Below, piece by piece: positions 31,046 to 40,813 of a DNA stretch of 64,000 bases. Under the pieces are notes generated by a model. It saw nothing but the letters and a program-made list of their open reading frames with translations. It searched no databases and had not been told where the DNA came from. How positions within the stretch are numbered: the first letter of the stretch is position 1; every line of letters starts with the position of its first letter. Source of the stretch: an uncultured delta proteobacterium (GTDB lineage: Bacteria > Myxococcota > UBA727 > VGSZ01). Location: the NCBI GenBank assembly GCA_963775425.1, contig CAVZJB010000013.1, positions 64,001-128,000 of the forward strand. Direction: 5' to 3'. The position numbers and the translations under genes were made by a program.

Positions 31046-32262
31046 GTGGCGACCTCGCCCGCGATGTGGCCGTCGACGACGAGGTCCGAGAACACGGCGC
31101 CGATGGGCATGCCCGCGGTGCCGACGGCGCTCGGGCGCGGGGTGCCGAGCGACATATGCAGCGCCTGGGGCGCGAAGCGCAGGCCGGTCGCGCTCCAGTC
31201 GACGTCGATGAGCAGCACGCCGTCCTTCAGGTAGCGCGTGTGCCCGCCGCCCCACTCGATGCGGAGGCGCACCGGGGCCCCGGTCCACGTCGAGGCCTCG
31301 CGGGTGAAGGGCTCCTCGAAGAACTGCGCGCCGCACGCGCAGGTGCCGGTGCCGGGGGCGCCGTCGGGGCACATCCCCCACATGAGCTTCTGCGCGCCGG
31401 GGCGATCGCTCTCGTCGCTGCCGTAGACGCGCAGGAGCGCCTTGTAGTGGTTGTCGCGCAGCTCGGGGTTGTACGGGATGGGCTCGGTCATCCCGTAGCC
31501 GCCCTCGTACAGGGCGAGGAGGTCGTTGTCGTTCTTGACGAGGTTGTCGCCGACGTCCTTCAGCGTGAGCTCGACGGCGCCGCTGTCGAGCCGCGGCAGC
31601 GCGAAGATCAAGCGGTCGCTGTCGCCGGTGATGCGCCAGCCGTCGTCGCCGAACGTGCCGCCGACCGCGAGACCCTGCGTGCCACCGCGCAGGCTGTCCT
31701 CGAAGTGGAAGGCGTCCGGGTCCGGGTCCGGGGGGCAGGTGACGACGACGTCGGCCTGCGCCACCGGGCCGAACCAGCGCACGAGCTCGTGCACCATGCG
31801 CCAGTCCGTGGTGAACGTCCCCGCCACCGCCGGCGCGGTGAGCGTGAACGTGAACGCGTGCTCGGCGCCGGGCGCCACGTCTTGGTCGAGGCGCACGCGC
31901 CCGGGGCCGCCGAGGGGATCGCCGTCGTCGACGGCGCCGAGCCGGTAGTCGGCGCTCCAGGCGGCGTCGCCGTCGTTTCGCATCACGACGACGGCCTCGG
32001 CCTGCTCGCCGCACGACAGCGCCGCCGGCAGCGTCGCGGACACGAGGGTGGCGGCGTCGCCGCCGTCGTCATCGACGGGGGGATCGCGCGGCGTGGCGTG
32101 CACCGGGGCGGGCTCGAGGGCGGCCCGCGGCGGCGGCGCCGCCGGCGGCGTTTCCTGTGTGGCGCATGTGTTTCCTTGAGGAGGGGGATCACCGCACGCG
32201 CAGAGCATGGTGGTGACGATGCAACATGCTGTAACCGTGACGATAGTTGCTTTGATCGGCAT
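31036..32262 (-). CDS. Lipoprotein with NBR1-type Ig-like (FW) domain and C-terminal beta-sandwich
   Basis: LCAC lipobox; VVMRNDGDAAW...VAPGAEHAFTFTLTAP...GTFTTDWRMV...WFG. Confidence 0.75.
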   Translation of the reverse strand: MPIKATIVTVTACCIVTTMLCACGDPPPQGNTCATQETPPAAPPPRAALEPAPVHATPRDPPVDDDGGDAATLVSATLPAALSCGEQAEAVVVMRNDGDAAWSADYRLGAVDDGDPLGGPGRVRLDQDVAPGAEHAFTFTLTAPAVAGTFTTDWRMVHELVRWFGPVAQADVVVTCPPDPDPDAFHFEDSLRGGTQGLAVGGTFGDDGWRITGDSDRLIFALPRLDSGAVELTLKDVGDNLVKNDNDLLALYEGGYGMTEPIPYNPELRDNHYKALLRVYGSDESDRPGAQKLMWGMCPDGAPGTGTCACGAQFFEEPFTREASTWTGAPVRLRIEWGGGHTRYLKDGVLLIDVDWSATGLRFAPQALHMSLGTPRPSAVGTAGMPIGAVFSDLVVDGHIAGEVATCP

Positions 32263-32376
32263 GGGTGCGCCTAGAGCACGTCATCCAATCGGAAACAACA
32301 TCCTTCCGGTGGATAGAACCAAAGGAAACACACACGCGACGCGCGCCAAGTCCGCGAAGACCGCACAATAGACGGT

Positions 32377-32811
32377 ATGGCCACGCCGCTGCCGCCCGAT
32401 GAAGCAGAGCGCCTGAAGCAGGCCATCGACGCCGACGACGCCGAGGGCGCCGCCGCGCTCGGCGCCGCCGCCCGCGTCGCCCTCCACGAGGGGCGCTTCG
32501 AGGACGCCCTCGCCCTCGCGCGCGCCGTCGCCGTCGCCGACCCCGACGCCGCGCGCGCCTGGGTGCTCGTCGCGCGGGCCGCCGAGGGCCTCGGGCGCCT
32601 CGAGGACGCGCGGCGCGCGCTCGAGACCGCCGTCTCCCTCGACGACAAGGACCTCGAGACCGCCGTGCACGCCGCCGAGCTCCAGGCGAAGACGGGCGCC
32701 CCCGGCGCCGCGCGCGCCCTCGCCACCTATGTCGTGCTCCACGAGCGCGGCGCCCCCGAGCTCGCCGCGCGGGCCCAGGCGGTGATCGACGCGCTCGAGG
32801 CCCGCCCGTGA
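32377..32811 (+). CDS. Small TPR protein (SycD/LcrH chaperone-like)
   Basis: Three TPRs (GRFEDA...DP, GRLEDA...LD, G...AAR) plus a capping helix; GTGA overlap with the next gene. Confidence 0.75.
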   Translation: MATPLPPDEAERLKQAIDADDAEGAAALGAAARVALHEGRFEDALALARAVAVADPDAARAWVLVARAAEGLGRLEDARRALETAVSLDDKDLETAVHAAELQAKTGAPGAARALATYVVLHERGAPELAARAQAVIDALEARP

Positions 32812-35388
32812 GCCCCATCCGCTCGACGGACAAGCGCCCGTCCTCCCGCACCGGCGTCGACGAGGCCCGGGCCGAGGAGCCCCGCATCGACCAGCCCGAT
32901 GGGCCCGATGGGGCCGGCCTCGATGGGGCCGGCCTCGATGGGGCCGGCCTCGATGGGGCCGGCCTCGATGGGGCCGGCCTCGTTGGGGCCGGCCTCGATG
33001 GGGCCGGCCTCGTTGGGGCCGGCCTCGATGGGAACGGCCTCGACGGGGACGGCAGGCGCGCGCTGCCCGGTGACGGCTTCGACAGGCAACGGGGCACGCA
33101 CAAGCCGCCCGCCGACGTGCCCGTCGTCGGCTCGAGCGTCGAGCTGCCCATCCGCGCGCGGCTCGCCACCGCCCGCGTCGAGCGCTCGCCACGGCAGGTG
33201 GCGGGCGTCCTCGTCGACCAGGACGGCAAGACCACCTTTCAACCCGCCGACGAGAGCCTCGCGGCCACCGACGTCGACGCGGACGGCGTCGCCGGGCTGC
33301 CGCGCGGGGTGCTCCTGGTCGCCCGCGCGACGAACGGAAAGACCGTCGTCGACGGCCCCGGCGGCGACGCGCTCGACGCCGTCGTCTACAAGCTCGACGG
33401 CGAAAACGCCGCCGCGCTGCGCGGGCGCTTCACGGGCATCGTGGACTTCGTCGACGGCAAGCCCTTCGTGAAGGACCTCCTCGGGCACACGTGGGCCGCG
33501 CTGCCCGCCCTTCGCCGCGGGCCCCTTCGCCGAGGGCGCGGTCGTCGCCGGGCACGTCGAGGGCGGCGCCGTCGTCGTCGACGAAGAGCTCGCCGCGGGC
33601 GGCTCCGCGCAGGCGCGCTCGTGGACGGTGGCGGCCGACCAGCACCTCGACCCCATCTTCTCCCCCCGCGCGCTCGAAGAGGCGGCGCGCATCGAACGAG
33701 AGCCGGACGTCGACAATCCCGCGCTCGTCGACCTCACCGGGGAGCCCTTCTTCGCCATCGACAACCCCGGCAGCCGCGACATCGACCAGGCCATGCGCCT
33801 GTCGCGCAGGCCCGGCGGCGGCTTCGTCCTCGAGTACGCCCTCGCCGACATGAGCCACTTCGTGAAGCCGGGCATGGCGCTGTTCGACGAGGCCATGAAG
33901 CGCGGCGCGTCGTTCTACCTGCCGGGCGTGAGCGTGCCGATGCAGCCGCCCTCGGTGTGCGAGGGCGGCGTGTCGCTCAACGCCCACGAGGTGCGTCGCG
34001 CCGTCGTCGTCACCATCGAGGTCGACCGAGACGGCAACGTGCAGAAGACCTCCGCGGCGCGCGCAAAGATCAAGAGCCGCGCGCAGCTCACCTACCCCGG
34101 CGTGAGCGCGTTCCTCGAGAAGGGCACAGCGCCCGCCGACGACGAGCGCGGCGAGGGGGTGCCGAAGGCCGTCCTCGAGCAGCTCCCCGTGTTCCGCGAC
34201 CTGGGCGAGGCGCTGCGCAAGAGCTCGCGCGCCCGCGGCGTCGTCGACCCCGACCGCCGCGAGATGCGCATCGGCCTGCGCGGCGCGCGCTTCTTCCTGC
34301 ACGAGGCCGACGACAACCTGGCGAGCAAGCTCAACGCGGAGCTGTCCATCGTCGCCAACGTCGCCGCCGCGAGCGCCCTCGCGCACCCCGGCATCCCCGG
34401 CATCGAGGTGCCCGGCATCTATCGCGTCCACCCGCCGCCGGGCCCGGCCAAGCTCCGGGCGCTGCGCCGCGAGCTGTCCGCCGTCGTCGACGGGAACGGC
34501 GCGCCCGCCTCGTGGAAGTGGCGCAACGACGAGACGCTCGCGGCGTGGGTCGATCGCCTCAAGGCCCTGCCGAGCACCGATCGCGAGCGCGCGCTCGCGC
34601 AGGCGTTGCAGGCGCAGATCATCGGCATCCAGGTGGCGTCGGAGTACGCGCGCGAGCCAGGCCTGCACTCCGGCTTGATGGTCGAGGGCTACGGCCGCTT
34701 CACGGCGCCGATGCGCGAGGTGGTCGGCTTGGTCTCGCACGCGACGCTGATGCAGCTCGAGTCGCTCAGGCGCGTGCGCGCGCTCGGCATCGTCGACGAC
34801 GCCAAGCTGCCGGCGCTGTGGGACCACATGCTGCTCGGCGCGCTCGTGGACGAAAAGGAGCTCGCCCCGGACCGGGCCGCGCTGGCGGCGCGGTGCGCGG
34901 CGCTCGAGGGGCTGCGCGGCGACGCGCTCGCGCAGGCGGCGCGGGCGGCGCTGGCGGCGCTGGCGCCGGCGCCGCCGCTGTCGTCGGAGGACAAGGGCGC
35001 CGTGGAGCGGGTGCTCGCGCGCGCGCTCGACGTCGGCAACAAGTCGCGCATGAAGCAGAAGCAGTGCGACGCGGCTTCGCTGCGGCTCTTGTTCGACGAC
35101 CTCTTCCTGCGCGACCTCCACGGCGTCCCCGGCGGCGACCCGAGCCGCCCGTCGACGCCGCGTAGCGGGACGGTGACGGCGGTGTCCCCGGGCAAGATCG
35201 TGGTGCACCTCGACGAGCCCGACGTCGAGGTGAAGCTCGGCCGCGGCGACCTCGGCGACGGCGACTTCCGCCTCGAGCGCGACGGCGCCGAGCTGTGCTG
35301 CGGCGCGCGCAGGCTCCTCGTGGGCCAACCCGTCGAGATCCGCGCGACGCACCATGACGGCGAGAAGCTTCACTTCGCCCTGGTGTGA
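32808..35388 (+). CDS. RNB-domain ribonuclease (RNase II/R family), interrupted by a +1 frameshift near 33510
   Basis: Codon-biased frame 32808-33509 switches to the 33511-35388 frame; VDLTGEPFFAIDNPGSRDIDQAM, RGASFYLPG, IYRVH, HSGL..EGYGRFTAPMRE, C-terminal S1-like region. Confidence 0.8.
32907..33041 (+). repeat. 15-bp tandem repeat (9 units) encoding (DGAGL)n
   Basis: GATGGGGCCGGCCTC x6, GTT variant x2, one GATGGGAACGGCCTC. Confidence 0.95.
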
Positions 35389-35618
35389 TCGGCGACCGGA
35401 GGGAGCGGCCGCGCTTGATCGCTCGCGGACGGCCGACGGCGAGGAGCATCCCTTCGCCCTGGTGTGATCGCTCGTGGACGCGGACGCCGACGCCGGTCGA
35501 CGCTGACGCCCCACCGCCGCGCCGCGCGGCCGTCGGTTTCGCCGTGATCGCGCGCGGCGCGCGAGCGATGCTCCCGCGCGGCACGCCCCCGTCACGGGGC
35601 CGGCGCTTCAGCGGGGCG

Positions 35619-36668
35619 TCACGGACAGATGAGGCCGACGCCTTCGACGAACACCGGCGCGTCGCACGTGCCGCCCGTCGAGCCCGTGCCGCCGGTGGTG
35701 CCGTCGCCGGTGCCGGTCCCGCCCGTCCCGTCGGTGCCGCCGGTGGCGCCGCTGCCGTCGCCGGTGCCGGTCCCGCCCGTCCCGTCGGTGCCGCCGGTGG
35801 CGCCGCTGCCGTCGCCGGTGCCGGTCCCGCCCGTCCCGTCGGTGCCGCCGGTGGCGCCGCTGCCGTCGCCGGTGCCGGTCCCGCCCGTCCCGTCGGTGCC
35901 GCCGGTGACGCCGCCGTTGCCGCCGCAGCCCTCGGTGCCGGGCGGGCACGCGCCCGCGCCCCCGTCGCCGCCGTTGTCGCCGCCGACATCGCCGCCGTTG
36001 TCGACGCTGCCGTCGTCGCCGCCGGGGACCGGGGTTCCGTCGTCACCGTCGGGATCGCAGATGTCGGCGGGGATGGTGTCGAAGTCGGTGCGGTGGATGG
36101 TCGGCCGCAGGATGAGGTCCTCGTGGTTGCCGTGGCCGTGCACCAGGATGGACTTCTCGAGGTCGACCACCGCGGTGGCCAGACCGTTTTCACACGCGCC
36201 GAGGTCGAACGGCCCCTTCAGCTTCACCCCGGTCTCAAGGCCCGACGGCACCGTGAGCGCCTGCGTCTCGCCCGCCTTGGTGACGACGCGGTTGTTGCCG
36301 TCGTCGGTGATGTACAGCCGGATCTGCGTGATCTTGCCGGCGGGCAGGTGCGCGAAGCCGAGCGCGTCCGCGCTGTCCTGCAGCCGCAGCAGATCGACGA
36401 GCGTCGGCTGGTCGCTCACCTGCACCCAACCGCTGCCCGCCGCGTGCGCCGCCACCGCCACCACGCTGATCACGATCTGGTCCATGCTCGTGACCAGGTT
36501 GCCGCCGTGCGCGCCGCCGTTCGCCGCCGTGGACGTGCTCACCGCGACGCCGAGGCCCGCCTTCACCGCGCCCGGGGCGCGGCCGACCACGGATGCGTCG
36601 CCGACGCCGCTCCCCGCGCAGGCGGTGGCGAGGACGAGGACGAGGGTGGCGAGCGTCAGCTTCTGCAT
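35619..36668 (-). CDS. DUF4382-like lipoprotein with Gly/Thr-rich C-terminal repeats
   Basis: LATAC lipobox; VDLLRLQ...[11 protein letters not shown]...[13 protein letters not shown]...LRPTI. Confidence 0.8.
   Translation of the reverse strand: MQKLTLATLVLVLATACAGSGVGDASVVGRAPGAVKAGLGVAVSTSTAANGGAHGGNLVTSMDQIVISVVAVAAHAAGSGWVQVSDQPTLVDLLRLQDSADALGFAHLPAGKITQIRLYITDDGNNRVVTKAGETQALTVPSGLETGVKLKGPFDLGACENGLATAVVDLEKSILVHGHGNHEDLILRPTIHRTDFDTIPADICDPDGDDGTPVPGGDDGSVDNGGDVGGDNGGDGGAGACPPGTEGCGGNGGVTGGTDGTGGTGTGDGSGATGGTDGTGGTGTGDGSGATGGTDGTGGTGTGDGSGATGGTDGTGGTGTGDGTTGGTGSTGGTCDAPVFVEGVGLICP
35701..35905. repeat. 54-bp tandem repeat (about 3.8 copies) encoding [18 protein letters not shown]
   Basis: Identical units starting at 35701, 35755, 35809 and 35863 (last one partial). 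Confidence 0.95.
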
Positions 36669-36691
36669 GCGGCCTCCGTGGCGCGGAGCAC

Positions 36692-36707
36692 ATCAAGGAT
36701 CGATCCA
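36692..36707 (-). promoter_or_regulatory. Possible sigma54 promoter of the DUF4382 gene
   Basis: TGGATC-GATCC-TTGAT; same -24 hexamer as the promoter at 17020-17035. Confidence 0.45.
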
Positions 36708-36762
36708 GGCCCGCGGATCGCGTCCTGACGCCAAACCCCAGGGGTGTTGGGATAGGGTGCGC

Positions 36763-36796
36763 GTGTCCCGGACGTCCCTGCGCCCGTCCCGGACAC
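36763..36796. promoter_or_regulatory. Candidate enhancer: tandem GTCCCGGAC sites
   Basis: GTCCCGGAC at 36765 and 36786 (21-bp spacing), each quasi-palindromic. Confidence 0.45.
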
Positions 36797-36817
36797 ACGA
36801 GGAGCACGCCGAGAGAG

Positions 36818-38179
36818 ATGGTCGACATCGACGACCCCACCGTGGAGCCCGCCACCGCCGTCGCCCCCACCGCCACGGCCCCCGCCCTCCGGGTCGTCTT
36901 CTCCGGCGAGCAGATCGTGTGGTCCGACCACGTCCTCGAGGCGCCCCGCACCGACGCCGGCCGCGCCGCCCTCGGCGCCAAGGACCTCCGCCTCGAGCAC
37001 GACCCTCGCGTCTCCCGCCAGCACGCCACCTTCGTCGTCGAGCGCGGGCGCGTGCGCCTGGAGAACCGGAGCAACAACGGGAGCTTCGTCAACGGCGAGC
37101 GCGTCGACGACGTCCGCGAGCTCAACGACGGCGACGTCGTCCGCCTCGGCGACACCTTCCTCGTCGCGCGCTGGATGCCCGACAACCCGCGCGACGTGCC
37201 GTCCGACACGCTGCTCGGCCGCTCGCCGGCGGTGATGCGATTGCGCTCGCTCGTCGACGTCGTCGCGCCCACCCGCGCGAGCGTCGTGCTGCTCGGTGAG
37301 ACCGGCGCAGGCAAGGAGGTGGCCGCGCGCGCCATCCACGCGCGCAGCGGCCGCGGCGGCCCCTTCGTGCCCGTCAACTGCGCCGCCATCCCCGAGAACC
37401 TCGCCGAGAGCCAGCTCTTCGGGCACCGCGCGGGCGCCTTCACCGGCGCGCACAAGGATCACGCGGGCTTCTTTCGCGAGGCCCACGGCGGCACGCTGTT
37501 CCTCGACGAGGTGGGCGAGCTCCCGCTCTCGCTGCAGCCCAAGCTCCTGCGCGTCCTCGACGAGAAGCACGTGCTCGCGGTGGGCGCCACCAGCGGCGCC
37601 CCCGTCGACGTTCGCGTCGTCGCGGCCACCAACCGCGAGATCGCGCGCGAGGTGGAGATCGGCCACTTTCGCGGCGACCTCTTCGCGCGCCTCGCCGAGA
37701 TCACGGTGTCGCTGCCGCCGCTGCGCGCGCGCCGCGAAGACGTGCTGCTGCTCCTCGACAGCGCGCTGCCCAAGCTCAAGCACGGCGAGATGACGCTGTC
37801 GCCGCTGCTGGTGAACGCGCTCATGCTCCACGCGTGGCCGTTCAACGTGCGCGAGCTGATGAAGATCGCCACGGAGCTCGAGGTGAAGGCGCAGGGCCGC
37901 CGGCTCCTCGACGTCGATCTGCTCGAGGGGCGCGTGCTCGGGCCCAAGCCCACCGACAGCGCGCAGCCCATCACCCTCGCGGCGCCCGCGCCCGCGCCGG
38001 CGCCGGCGAAGAAGCGCGCCGAGGACCTCCCGGCCCCCACGCGCGACGCGCTGCTCGCGCTCGTCGAGCGGCACCAGGGCAAGGTGAGCGACGTCGCCCG
38101 ATCGACCGGCCGCTCCCGCACCCAGGTGTACCGCTGGCTCGAGCAGCACGGTATCGACGTCGAGAAATACCGGCGCTAG
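36818..38179 (+). CDS. FHA-domain sigma54-dependent activator
   Basis: FHA: DPRVSRQHA...SNNGSFVNG...GDVVRLG; [31 protein letters not shown]. Confidence 0.93.
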   Translation: MVDIDDPTVEPATAVAPTATAPALRVVFSGEQIVWSDHVLEAPRTDAGRAALGAKDLRLEHDPRVSRQHATFVVERGRVRLENRSNNGSFVNGERVDDVRELNDGDVVRLGDTFLVARWMPDNPRDVPSDTLLGRSPAVMRLRSLVDVVAPTRASVVLLGETGAGKEVAARAIHARSGRGGPFVPVNCAAIPENLAESQLFGHRAGAFTGAHKDHAGFFREAHGGTLFLDEVGELPLSLQPKLLRVLDEKHVLAVGATSGAPVDVRVVAATNREIAREVEIGHFRGDLFARLAEITVSLPPLRARREDVLLLLDSALPKLKHGEMTLSPLLVNALMLHAWPFNVRELMKIATELEVKAQGRRLLDVDLLEGRVLGPKPTDSAQPITLAAPAPAPAPAKKRAEDLPAPTRDALLALVERHQGKVSDVARSTGRSRTQVYRWLEQHGIDVEKYRR

Positions 38180-38188
38180 ACCCGCGAT

Positions 38189-38995
38189 ATGAACACGCTC
38201 AAGTGGCGCCTCCTGAACACCTGGCACGCGTTGTTTCTGGCCACCTGGTCGGTCTTCTGGATGACCGCCGCCATCGTCGCGCGCGTGCTCACGGGCAGCG
38301 CCGACACCACGCTGCGCTGGGCGCGCACGCGTTGGTCCCCGGGGCTGTGCTGGTGCGCGGGCGTCCGCCTCGCCGTCGAGGGCCTGGACAAGATCGACTT
38401 CGACAAGCCGCACGTGTTCGTCGTGAACCACCAGTCGATGTTCGACATCCCCGCGATGTTCATGGCGCTCCCCGTCAACCTGCACTTCATCGCCAAAAAG
38501 GAGCTCGCTTCGGTGCCGTTCCTCGGTTGGTACATGCGGGCGGCGGGCATGATCTTCGTCGACAGGAAGAACGGCCCCGAGGCCGTCGCCACCCTCAAGA
38601 TCGCCGGTGACCGCGTCGCCGGCGGCGAGAGCGTGCTCGCGTTCGCCGAGGGCACGCGCAGCCGCACCGGCGTCATCGGCCCGTTCAAGAAGGGCGCGTT
38701 CATGCTCGCGCTGCAGGCGGGCGTGCCCGTGGTCCCCGTGGCCATCGAGGGCGCCCGGCACGCGCTGCCGGCCGACGGCTTCGCCGTGCGCCCGGAGATC
38801 ATCCACATCCGCCTCGGCGACCCCATCGCCACCGACGACGGCGTCGAGCGCGACGCGCTGATGGCGCGCGCACACGACGCGGTCGTGCGCATGAACGTCG
38901 GCCTCGGCGGGCTCGGCGCCGACCCGTTCGCGGCGTCGCTCACGAGCGGCGGCGCGGACGCCGCGCGCGTGTCCGCCGTCGCCCGGACGGTGTAG
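38189..38995 (+). CDS. plsC: 1-acyl-sn-glycerol-3-phosphate acyltransferase
   Basis: NHQSMFD, FVDR, FAEGTRS, FKKGAF. Confidence 0.88.
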   Translation: MNTLKWRLLNTWHALFLATWSVFWMTAAIVARVLTGSADTTLRWARTRWSPGLCWCAGVRLAVEGLDKIDFDKPHVFVVNHQSMFDIPAMFMALPVNLHFIAKKELASVPFLGWYMRAAGMIFVDRKNGPEAVATLKIAGDRVAGGESVLAFAEGTRSRTGVIGPFKKGAFMLALQAGVPVVPVAIEGARHALPADGFAVRPEIIHIRLGDPIATDDGVERDALMARAHDAVVRMNVGLGGLGADPFAASLTSGGADAARVSAVARTV

Positions 38996-39016
38996 CCTCG
39001 CGGCGCGAGGTGGAAC

Positions 39017-39715
39017 TTGGGCACGGGTCTGCGAGCGGTCTACGACGACGGGAAGCGCCACAGCGAAGGCACGGTCAAGGGCATGTGGAGCTCGGGCATC
39101 GTGCTCGAGACCGACGTACAACCGAGCATCGGCAGCGCCGTCGCGCTCGTCGTGCTGAGCGGCGGCTTCGACGGGGACCGGCTCGCGGCGCAGGTCGCCG
39201 GCTTCGAGAAGAACGCGCTCTTGCTCGACCTCCCCGGCCTCGATCCCGTTCGCTGGCAGCGCCTGCAGGCGCTCGTCGACGGCAAGCCCCTCACCACGCC
39301 GCTGCCCGCGGGCGCGCCCGGCAAGCAGCCGCCGCCGAACGCGCCGGTGTTCATCATCTCGGGCGGCGAGGACGCCCAGGGCGATCCCACCGGCGTCTTC
39401 AACCTCACCGAGGACATGGCCAAGAAGCAGGCGGCGCCGGAGCCCGCGCCTGCGCCCCCGTCGTCCTCGTTCCAGATCCCCTCGCCGCTCGATCCCTTCC
39501 CCTTCGCGCCGGCGCCCGCGGGCTCCCCCGCCACGCCGCCGCCCGTCGTCACCTCCGACGAGGGCCTCGAGCAACAGGTCATCGCGCTCGGCCGCGAAAA
39601 CGCCGCGTTGAAGAACGAGGTCCAGCGCCTCAGCGGCTTGAAGGCCGCGCTCGAGGAGGAGCTCAAGGACGCGCTCGACAAGCTCGACGGCATCGAAAAG
39701 ATGATGAAGCGCTGA
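39017..39715 (+). CDS. Hypothetical protein: PilZ-like N-terminal barrel, Pro-rich linker, C-terminal coiled coil
   Basis: Codon bias; S.SG...T motif; heptad tail; TTG start uncertain. Confidence 0.65.
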   Translation: MGTGLRAVYDDGKRHSEGTVKGMWSSGIVLETDVQPSIGSAVALVVLSGGFDGDRLAAQVAGFEKNALLLDLPGLDPVRWQRLQALVDGKPLTTPLPAGAPGKQPPPNAPVFIISGGEDAQGDPTGVFNLTEDMAKKQAAPEPAPAPPSSSFQIPSPLDPFPFAPAPAGSPATPPPVVTSDEGLEQQVIALGRENAALKNEVQRLSGLKAALEEELKDALDKLDGIEKMMKR

Positions 39716-39716
39716 G

Positions 39717-40142
39717 CTACAGCGCGATCTCGCCGTCGGCGCGCTTGGCCGGCAGCGGCTCGCCCAGCAACCGATCGATGCAGCCCTCGCGCGCCCGCAC
39801 CGAGAGCGAGCGGTCGTCGGCGCCTCCGGTGGCGCCGACGCGGGTGAGGGTGACGTCGACGCGGAAGTACGGCTCCGAGCCCACCCACGCGGGCTCCACC
39901 TTCTTCACCGCGTAGCGCTCGATCTTCTGCGGACCGAGCACCGCCGCTTCGGCGCGCTGCTCGTGGCCGTCACACACGTGCGCCGCGAGGGACTTCTTGT
40001 CGCCGGCGACGGCCGCGTCGAGGAACGCGCGCACCACCGCCTCCGCCTGCACACCCGTCGCGGCTTTGAGCGCGCTCTTGCCGTTCGCCGCGGAGCACCC
40101 CGCGGTGAGGACGATGACGGCGGCGACAAAATGGGCGCGCAC
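39717..40142 (-). CDS. Hypothetical lipoprotein
   Basis: LTAGC lipobox; GAGG RBS. Confidence 0.75.
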   Translation of the reverse strand: MRAHFVAAVIVLTAGCSAANGKSALKAATGVQAEAVVRAFLDAAVAGDKKSLAAHVCDGHEQRAEAAVLGPQKIERYAVKKVEPAWVGSEPYFRVDVTLTRVGATGGADDRSLSVRAREGCIDRLLGEPLPAKRADGEIAL

Positions 40143-40188
40143 CTCACAAACCTACTCCGCCGACGCCGAAGTGTGCGATCTTGTCGCC

Positions 40189-40800
40189 ATGGCAAAGAGC
40201 CCACTCAAGGACAAGGACTTCATCCCCGACGACGAGTCCCTCTCGAAGATCCTGGGGTCGCGCTGGCCGCGCTATCAGGAGACTCTCGAAGAGCTCAAGA
40301 AGCGCAACCTCTATCCCGAGATGTACTGGTACGGCCCGTCGTCGGGATGGGCGCCGCGCTTCTGCATCGGTGAGGTCACCGTCTGCGGCGTCTACCTCGC
40401 GCAGAACCCGCTCATGGGCCTCGTCGGCGTCGGCGACAAGGTCGGTGCCTACCTCGACAAGGACCAACTGCTGAGCCAGCGCGCCCGCGCGCTCTACGAG
40501 ATGACGCCGAAGAAGGGCCCGCTGCGCTGGATCGAAGCCCAGCTCGCCACCCGCGGCGACCTCGAGGCCTTCCTCTCCCTCGTCGACGGCAAGCTGCGCG
40601 CGCTCGCCGAGGAAGGCGTGCGCCCCACCGAGGGGCCGCCGCCGCCGCGCCTGCGCCGCAAGGACCCGGGCCCCAAGAAGGAGCCGGGCAAGCCGGGCAG
40701 GAAGCCCACCAAGCTGCCCAAGCCCAAGGACAAGCCGCTGCAGGTGGGCCCGCCGTCCAAGTACACGCCCGCCGTCCTGGTCGCCGCCGGCCGGGGCTGA
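40189..40800 (+). CDS. DUF3788-like protein with Lys/Pro-rich tail
   Basis: P..E.L..ILG...EMYWYGPSSGW...RW......GDLEAFLSLVDGK pattern. Confidence 0.65.
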   Translation: MAKSPLKDKDFIPDDESLSKILGSRWPRYQETLEELKKRNLYPEMYWYGPSSGWAPRFCIGEVTVCGVYLAQNPLMGLVGVGDKVGAYLDKDQLLSQRARALYEMTPKKGPLRWIEAQLATRGDLEAFLSLVDGKLRALAEEGVRPTEGPPPPRLRRKDPGPKKEPGKPGRKPTKLPKPKDKPLQVGPPSKYTPAVLVAAGRG

Positions 40801-40813
40801 GCCGCCGGAGCCG

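Noticed and set aside
32340-32376. Sigma28-like promoter before the TPR gene (CCAA-N14-CACAATAG)
   Set aside because: Only half of the -10 positions match and the spacing is off; not used as evidence
32907-33041. Possible CRISPR array (also considered 30781-30892 and 35701-35905)
   Set aside because: Head-to-tail repeats without unique spacers, in frame within genes, and no cas genes
33511-35165. C-terminal part of the 785-aa ORF 32808-35165
   Set aside because: After about 33510 the translation becomes Arg/Pro-rich and motif-free; the RNB motifs are in the +1 frame
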